Below are positions 35,740-43,908 of a stretch of 43,908 nucleotides of DNA, piece after piece. The translations under genes and the position numbers were made by a program. The first letter of the stretch is position 1. The number at the start of each line of letters is the position of its first letter. Under the pieces are notes generated by a model. That model was not told the origin of the DNA. It was given only the letters and a program-made list of their open reading frames with translations, and made no database searches. The stretch comes from Chiloscyllium plagiosum (taxonomy: Eukaryota): assembly GCF_004010195.1 (NCBI RefSeq), contig NW_025214440.1, positions 1 to 43,908 on the forward strand. The letters run 5' to 3'.

Positions 35740-37135
35740 ACAGCCATACACCAGATGCATCTCGATCCCTCTCGTGTCGAAAAATCCTTATTTATATACA
35801 GTGCCTTGTGTTCCACAGCTTACGTGGGAGAGAAATCCCCAGAGTCACCAGTCACTGAGTGTAGACGTTTATTCTAATCGCAATGCAGAGTGGACTGTCT
35901 GTACCTAATACTGTGGCCCCTTGTTTTAGATGCCCGAGCAAGGGGAATTATCATCCCTGCTTCCAATCTGTCTCACCCTATCAGTGTTTTATATATCTCA
36001 CTGAGATCTCCACTCATTTTCCTAAAGCCCATATAATACTGGCCCACTCGCCCCAAACTATGTTCCCACAACAAGCCTGTCATCCCAGAGATCAGTCTGG
36101 TCATCCTTCGCTGCACTCCCTCAATGTCAGGTTTGCCCCTTATGAGGTAAGGAGACCAAAACTACGCACAATACTGCACAGTGTTCAAGATGGGCTGTCA
36201 CCAAGGCCCTGTACAGCTGCAGTAAAAAAAAACCCTTACACCTGTCAGCCAGTCCCCTAGAAATAAGGTCAACACACCATTTATCTTCCTGCCTGCTTTC
36301 TGCTTTTGCAATATTGCTTTCAGTGACTGGTGTATAAGGAGATACAGATCCTTTTCAATGTTCCAGCTCCCCACTTGCTGGGTCTATATACACTGGTCAG
36401 CATGCCAATGCCATTCCCAGTATTGGCTTCTGGTTTCAGAACTCACTGCCCTGCATGGACTTGGAGGGCTGCGCAGCAGGAAAACAAAAGGAATAAATCC
36501 CTTTTAAGATTAACATGTTTCATCCAATCTCTTTTCAAATGATAGTTTGCTGTACTATTGTCCTCAACAAAGTGCACACCGTCACATCCACCATTGATCT
36601 TCATCTGCCACGTCTTTGCCCATTCACTCCACTTGTCTCAATCACTTTGGAGATTTTTTTCTTAAATCCTCCCCACCCACTAACAATCCGACATTATTTA
36701 GTGCTGTCAAAGACTGAGAAATATTGATGCCCATTCACTCCACTTGTCTCAATCACTTTGGAGATTTTTTTCTTAAATCCTCCCCACCCACTAACAATCC
36801 GACATTATTTAGTGCTGTCAAAGACTGAGAAATATTGAATTTGATACCTCAACTAAATTTTTGACATGCATTGAGAATAGCTGGGGCCCAATCACTGATC
36901 CCTGGGACGCGCCATGATCCTTCCACTTCAAAACATATTGCTTTATACCTGCTCACTGTTTCCTGTCAGTTCTCCTATTCTAAAATCATGTTCATATTTT
37001 AGTCCCAATCCCATAATATTTGATTTTGCACACTAGGCCATAGTCTTTATCAAGATCTTTCTGAAAATCTAAATGTATTGCATCCATTTCTTCTCTGAAT
37101 GTATCGACCAGTCAGTTTCACAAATATGATTCCCA
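35740..37135 (-). mobile_element. Old CR1 fragments
   Basis: Reverse complements of CR1 motifs (ggagaccaaaactacgcacaatact; gctggggcccaatcactgatccctggg ~ PQGSVIGP). Confidence 0.7.
36617..36838. repeat. Identical 111-bp tandem duplication
   Basis: 36617-36727 = 36728-36838. Confidence 0.95.
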
Positions 37136-37139
37136 TTAC

Positions 37140-39300
37140 TTAAGAACGTACAAACTAGGAGCAGGAGTAGGATATCTGGCCCCTCCAGCCTGCACCACCA
37201 TTCAATATGATAATGGCTAATCATTTCATAGTCTCAGTTCCACGTACCCTCCCCTCCCAATCACCATAACTTTTAATTCCTTTACTGTTCAAACATTATC
37301 TGTCTGAGTTCAAGCATATTCAATGACAAAGCTTCAACAATTTCACTGGGCGAAGAATTCCATAGATTTACAACTTCTTGGTCAAGAAGTTCCTTCTCAA
37401 TTCAGTCCTAAATCTGCTCCATCTAATTTTGAGGCTTTGCCCTCCTGTCCTACTTTCATGTACTACTAGAAACGTCCGTTATATTTCTATCTTATCTACT
37501 CCCTTCACAATTATATATGTTTCTATCAGGTCCTCCCTCATTCTTTCAGTTTCCAATCAATATATAATTCCAGTCTACTCAGTCTTTCCTCATAACCACT
37601 CAACTCACCTCTGCAACCAACCTAGTGAGCCTCCTCTGCATCCATTGTAGTGCCAGAACTTCATTTCTAAAGTAGGGAGACCAAAATTGCATGTACTACA
37701 GGTCCCAGCACCGATCCCCGAGGCACTCCATTTGTCACTGATAAGCAACTATGTATTCGTTGCTTTATGTTAGCTAACCAATCCTCTACCCACGCTCATA
37801 CATTACCTCTAATGCCACACATTACGCAGCAGCCTCTTTGGCATCATTGTATTTTTTTTAGATTACTTACAGTGTGGAAACAGGACCTTTGGCCCACCAA
37901 GTCCACATGGACCTGCGGAAGCGCAACCCACCCAGACCCATTCCCCTACATTTTACCCCTTCACCTAACACTACGGGCAATTTAGCTTGGCCAATTTGCC
38001 TAACCTGCACGGTTTTGGACTGTGAGAGGAAACCAGAGCACCCGGAGAAAACCCACGCAGACACGGGGAGAATGTTCAAACTCCACTCAGTCGCCTGAGG
38101 CGGGAATTGAGTCCAGGTCTCTGGCGTTGTAATGCAGCAGTGCTAACCACTGTGCCACCGTGCCGCCCACAAAATGTCGTTTGGAAATCTCAGTACACCA
38201 CACCTACTGGGTTCCTGCAGTTGTAATGTCTTCATAGAATTCCATGAGGTTAGTTACACGTGGCCTGCCTTTCATGAACCAACACTGTGTCTGCCCAACG
38301 GGACAATTTCTATCAAGGTGCATTGCCATTTATTCCTTGATTACAGATTGGAGTATTTTCCCCACTACAGATGTTAGGCTAACCGGTTTACAATTCACCA
38401 CTTTTGTCTGTCTCCCTTTTTAAACAGTGGTGTCTAATCTCCTGTTTTCCAATTTGCTGGAATTGCATAAGAGTCCAGTGAATTTAGAAAAATTTCCACA
38501 AGTGCATTTACTATTTTTCTCATCACCTCTGCTAGTACCCTTGGACATATTCCATCAGGGCCAGGAGACGTATCTACCTTTGGCTCCATTCGCTTGTCCA
38601 ATACTACCTCTCTCTCTTGGAAATGGTTGTTTCCAGGTCCTCACTTATCTTCCTCTCTTTGACAATTACTGGCATGTTATTAGTGTCGTTCATTGTGTAG
38701 ACCGACTAAATATCTCTTCACTTCCTCGTCCATTTCCTCATATCCCATTACTAGATTCCCCTTCTCACCCTCTTAATGACTTCTTAATTGCTTACCTTAG
38801 CCATTCTTTTCGTTTTGTATATTTATACAATATTTTGCTATCTGTCTTTGTATTCTGAGGTAATTTAATCTCATAACCTATTTTATGTATCTTGATACCT
38901 TTTTCGTTGCTTTATGTTGACATTTAAAGTTTTCCGAATCTTCTACGTTCCCACTGGTCTTTGCCATTATTTATGCCATTGAATTTAATTCGATAGCCTC
39001 CCTTATTTCCTGAGACATTCACGACAGATTACCCTTTTCCTACAGTCCTTCCATTTCACTATTATATGCTGTTGCTGAGCATGTTGAAAAATTGCTTCGA
39101 AACTCACCTACTGTTCATCAATTGTTCCACCATAAAGTCTTTGCTGCCAGCCTTCTTTCGCCAACTCCTCTCTCATTCTATTGTCATCTGCTTTGTTTAA
39201 GCACAGGGTCCTGATCTAGGATTTTACCTTCTCACCTGTCATCTGTAATTCTAAATTCAGCCATAATATCAGTCCCAGTTATTTCTCCAAAAACATTTTT
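37140..39300 (-). mobile_element. CR1 LINE (3' end at ~37140), internally deleted, interrupted by a SINE
   Basis: taagaacgtacaaactaggagcaggagtagg 3' end; cccagcaccgatccccgaggcactcc ~ GVPRGSVLG; ccatcagggccaggag ~ SPGPDG. Confidence 0.8.
37857..38168 (-). mobile_element. HE1-type V-SINE
   Basis: Reverse-complement homolog of 18451-18752. Confidence 0.95.
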
Positions 39301-39369
39301 TTTACTAATTTCATTTTTTTTTCTCATGAGAGTTAGTTGATTTGTTTGGTTTGTTTCCTTCTATGAAGA

Positions 39370-40087
39370 CAGAATTGGCAGTGTGGAGGAACAGTGGGAT
39401 CTTGGTGTGCAGGTCCATAGATCCCTTAAAACTGCCACCCAATTGGACAGAGTTGTTAAGAAACCATATGTTGTTTTGGCTTTCATTAACAGGGGGATTA
39501 AGTTTAAGAGCCGTGAGATCTTCTTGCAGCTCCATAAAACTTTGGTTCGACCGCACTAGAAAAACTGTGTCCAGTTCTGGTCGCCCTATTATAGGAAACA
39601 TATGGATGCTTTGGAGAGGGTTCAGAGGAGGTTTACCAGGATGCTGCCTGGAATGGAGAGCTTACCTTACGAAGAGAGGTTGACTGAGCTCGGACTTTTT
39701 TTTTGGAAAAAAGAAGGAAGAGAGGGTACCTAATTGAAGTGTACAAGATAATGAGAGGCATAGATAGAGTTGATAGCCAGAGACTTTTTTCCCAAGGCAG
39801 AAATTGTTAACTTGAGGGGTCATAGTTTTAAGCTGTTTGGCAGAAAGTATAGAGGGGATGTCAGAGGCGGGTTCTTTACGCAGAGAGTTGTGCAAGCAAG
39901 GAATGCATTGCCAGTGGCAGTTGTTGAAGCGAGATAATTGGGGATATTTTAGAGACTGCTGGACATGCATATGGTCACAGAAATTTGAGGGTTCGTAAAT
40001 TATGTTTATCTTACATGAGGATCAATGGTTGGCGTAACATCGTGGGCTGAAGGCCTTGTTCTGTGCTGGACTGTTCTATGTTCTATG
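39370..40087 (+). mobile_element. CR1 3' end
   Basis: LYKTLVRP-like, ALERVQRRFTRMLPG, FFTQRVV; tail gttctatgttctatg. Confidence 0.9.
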
Positions 40088-40259
40088 AAGTAGTTATTTA
40101 ATAGTGCTGCCATTTCCCTGCTCTCATTCTCTATTCTCTGGATTGAGAATGCAAGGAAGCTGCACTTGTTATCTCTAATCTTTTCCATTGACAGTTCAAC
40201 TTATAACTCTTATTAATGTTGTCTTCAGAAACCCAGTAATTCATGTCCACACCATCTAA

Positions 40260-43200
40260 TCACAGGAGCAGAGACTCCGTCAGAAAATACAGTGCAATCT
40301 ACATTAGTCCCAAGCTCCTACACCAGTCCCATAGCCTGGAATGTTATGACACTTTATGAGCTCGCCTAAGTAGGTTTCTACCAGTTATTAGGTTACCAAG
40401 ATAACTCCCCTCTCAGGAAGTGCACTCCAGACCCTAACACCTTCTCGGTGAAAAACAATCCGCAAATCCTCTTTGCATCTCAAACCCTTCACTTTAAAAG
40501 TGTGCTCCCTTAATCTTGACCCTCTGTCTAAAATGGACAGCTGATGTCTATCCACCCGGTCCATGTTCCTCATAATCTTATCCTTCTGCAGCCCATTCCG
40601 CTCAGAATTCTCTGCTCCAAAGTAAACTACCCGAGTTTATTCAGCCTCTCTCCATAGCAGATAAGCTCCATCCCAGGGAACATCCTGGTGAATAACCTCT
40701 GCACCCCCTCCAGTGCAATCACATTCTTCCTGTAATGTGGCTCCCAGAAGTACACAAAGCATTCCATCTTGGCCTAACCAAAGTCCTGTATAACTCTTGT
40801 AATCTATCCCTCTATCTGTAAAGGTTATATTGAAGATTCCAAACGCATTGTTAACTCCACTATTACCCTGTCCAGTCCCACTGAGTGATGTGTGAGGAAG
40901 CACGCACTGAGCTTCCTAGTGTGCTGACATTCATTGAGTCATCCCCTGTCTAGTTCATTCTTCCAAAGTGCACCACCTCATATTTATCAGGGTTACATTC
41001 CATCTGCCATTAACTTGCTTATCTGACCATTCCATCTTTATATTCCAGTAAAATAAAACCTACCCCCTCACTGCCAACCACCAGGTCAATCTCTGTGATA
41101 AACACAAACTCACATACCATACTCCCCCACACCCTCCACTTTCATATCTACATTATTTATGGGTATCACAAATAATAAAGGTCACACTATTGACACCACT
41201 GGATACTACACCACTAGATACTGATATCGATTCATACAGTTTCCAGAACCACCCTCTTTCTCCTGCCATAAAGAAAATGTGAATGTCACTTACCAAGTTA
41301 CCTTGATAGCATGAGATTGTACTTATTTTATCAGCCTCCCATTTGGGGCTTTGTCAAAGGCCTTGCTAAAACAAATGATCAACCTCTTCGAAAAAATATC
41401 AATAAAATTCATTCGGCATGACTCCCCTCTGATGGCTATCCCTCTCTAAGTGAAGATCCATTTTCTCCCACCCTATTTTCCCCAATAGTTTTACTGACAC
41501 TGATCTGATACTCACTGATCAATATTTCCCTTGTCTACCCGCACCAACCGTTCCTGTAAAAGGTGTTCTGCATTCCTCTGGCCCTTCACCAATGACGAGA
41601 ATTTACTCAAACATTTGGGTCAGGACCTTGGTCTGATAGCAGGTTGTGATACAACACAGCCAGACCTGTGGACATGTCCAATTTTAAACCAGCCAAAACT
41701 ATCAATCCTTGCTCGCATTTCATATTAATCTGCTCATGAGTTTCCCAGTCCATTTTCTTCAGCCATGCCTCCTCTATTTCCTGAGTAAACCAGATGTGAA
41801 TCTCTCATGTCACAATCTATCAATGCTCTCCAGCTTCACACATTGATTACCCTCTTGGTTTCTAATGGGCCCTAATTATTCCCTGGTTATTCTGTTCTCC
41901 TTGATGTCCTTGTGGAATATCTTAGGGTGCTCACTAGTCCTGCTCGCACTTTTCAATGCCCCTATATTCTTCATTCCCCTCTGTGTGAATTTTGTAAAGC
42001 TTCATTTCGATCACCTCTCAATCTCTGAAAATCTACAGAATACAGGTGGAGTTCCCTCATCGGACAATCTTGCCATCCGAGGGATTAACCTAGAGAATGT
42101 GCATTCAGTCTATGTGATCAGTATATTTTACTTAGATCAGAAAATCAAAACTGTACACTATACTCCAGGTACAGTCTCACCAACACGATGTGTCACTGGT
42201 GCAGAACTTCATTTCAGAGCGAATTACTACATGAGCTGGGATCTGTACTGAAACCAATGCTAGCGATCACAGCGAAATAGACATCATCCGTGGTTTGAGA
42301 GCACAGAGCTCCTCAGCATCTATATTCTGATTCCTTCAAACAAAATAAAACTTAACTTTTATCTTCCCCATTTGCATATGTTCTTACCAATGCAATTTGC
42401 TTTATTGTTTTCGGGCTAACTTACCGTATGAATTTTTTAAAAAATCCTCCTGATATCCAACTATACCAAATCCACTTGTTCTGCATTGTTTATATCGACA
42501 AGGGACATCTTCAAGCAAAATCTTTGTAAATGTTGCCTTCCCTTTCAGAAATCTAGCATCATTCTCTAGACGTTTGCCATAACATTCCAAGTGCCCAATA
42601 TCACATTCTTTATAATAAATTCCGACAGATTCCCCACTCTGAAAAATAAGTTAGCTTGTCTGTAGTTCACCATTCTCCCACTTCTTCACTTTGTAAATCA
42701 TTGGAATGCATTTATAACATTCCACACTGAATATGGAAAACATACAGTGATGCACAATGTAACTATTATGTCCATTTCTGCTTTCTCTGAAATTCTGGGT
42801 ATGAAGTACATTTGGTCTGTCAGACTTATCAATACAGTTATGTTTTCAAATGCTACCTCATCACTGATATGAATTATTTTAGTCTTCAGTTACACAAGTC
42901 CCATGGTCACTTGGTATTTCTGGGAGATATTCTGGCCCCTCCTCCGTGAAGACAAACAGAAAGTAACTGGTTAGTTTCCCCCTGTCATCGAATCTGTTCT
43001 CCACAATAAATTATCCTGTCCACACATTCACTCTTCCACATTTGATCGTTTTCTTATTTTCCTTTCAAATATTCATGGCAGTTTTTCATCAGTTTTTTTG
43101 TTTCTGGTTAGTTTGCATTCTTGTTCTCTTTATAATTTACTTATCAGTTTATCAGTCTTCCTTCGTTGCATCCAAAATTTCAATGAATCCACAATATACG

Positions 43201-43908
43201 ACGCTTTTAGAGTCATAGAGTCATAGAGATGTACAGCATAGAAACCGACCCTTCGGTCCAACCCAAGGCACTTCCATCGATCTAACGCAAATTCTAACTT
43301 CTTTTGTTCACCATCGTTGAATCACCTTTCGCTTTTGCGATTTATGCCTTGGAGGGATATATGTATAAAGTAGACCTGACAGTGTTTCAGTAAAAAGTAG
43401 ACATTGCCTGTCTTTCATTAATTCATTTATTGTACTTTTCAAATTCACTAAAGCCAACTTTATTCTCATATCTTAATGGCTTGCATGACTCAGGTATATA
43501 CTCGAAATGTAAGAATTTTTTGTTTTGCTTTCAGACATCATATAAAATTCAATATATTAAGATCACTATTCCCAAAAGCTCCTTTACAGTAAAATCTTCG
43601 ATTTGATCTTCTGATCACACAGCACCAACTCCAAAATTGCCTGCTCAATAGCTCGGTGCTAAACATAATGCTAAAGCAACCCATTTCATACACACGCAAC
43701 ATTAACATTCACTTGGGTAAACACTGGTTAGGTGTGCCATCAAGCTGTCCATTATTACTGCAGTACCCACAAACCTGTATGTCTAATTCTCTTTTTAATG
43801 ACATATTTACATTTACATTGCATCTTTAACTTTGATACATAACTCCCATGAACGTTGCTTCTCCTTGCTGTTCCTAAGATCCATCTCACCAGATTCTGTG
43901 GAATTTGA
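40260..43908 (-). mobile_element. Mosaic of old minus-strand CR1 fragments
   Basis: Reverse-complement CR1 motifs (ctctgcaccccctccagtgcaatcac; ctttgtcaaaggccttgctaaa ~ FSKAFDK); short agagtcatagagtcatagag tail at ~43209-43265. Confidence 0.65.

Noticed and set aside
42041..42090. Possible Tigger/pogo-type terminal inverted repeat (tacaggtggagttccctcatcgg)
   Set aside because: No partner TIR or transposase recognised.

Overview
Eukaryotic, repeat-saturated vertebrate DNA. The HE1/V-SINEs, CR1 LINEs and Penelope families suggest a shark (elasmobranch) genome. There are three assembly gaps. Most of the window is nested, decayed retroelements: a Tx1 (L1-clade) LINE, a Penelope-like element (RT + GIY-YIG) with a hammerhead-ribozyme motif, several palindromic Penelope-terminal elements, two full-length Gmr1-type Gypsy LTR elements (SCAN-like gag, PR-IN-RT-RH order, tRNA-Pro-type PBS), many CR1 fragments and HE1 SINEs. 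The only likely host-gene sequence is a minus-strand first coding exon (10576-10318) of a GPR139/GPR142-like GPCR. It has a TATA-like box, a GTAAGT donor and an N-terminal 4 x 42-bp repeat carrying four in-frame strong-Kozak ATGs. Its 7TM exon is not in the window. All family assignments are from motif recognition; no database search was run.
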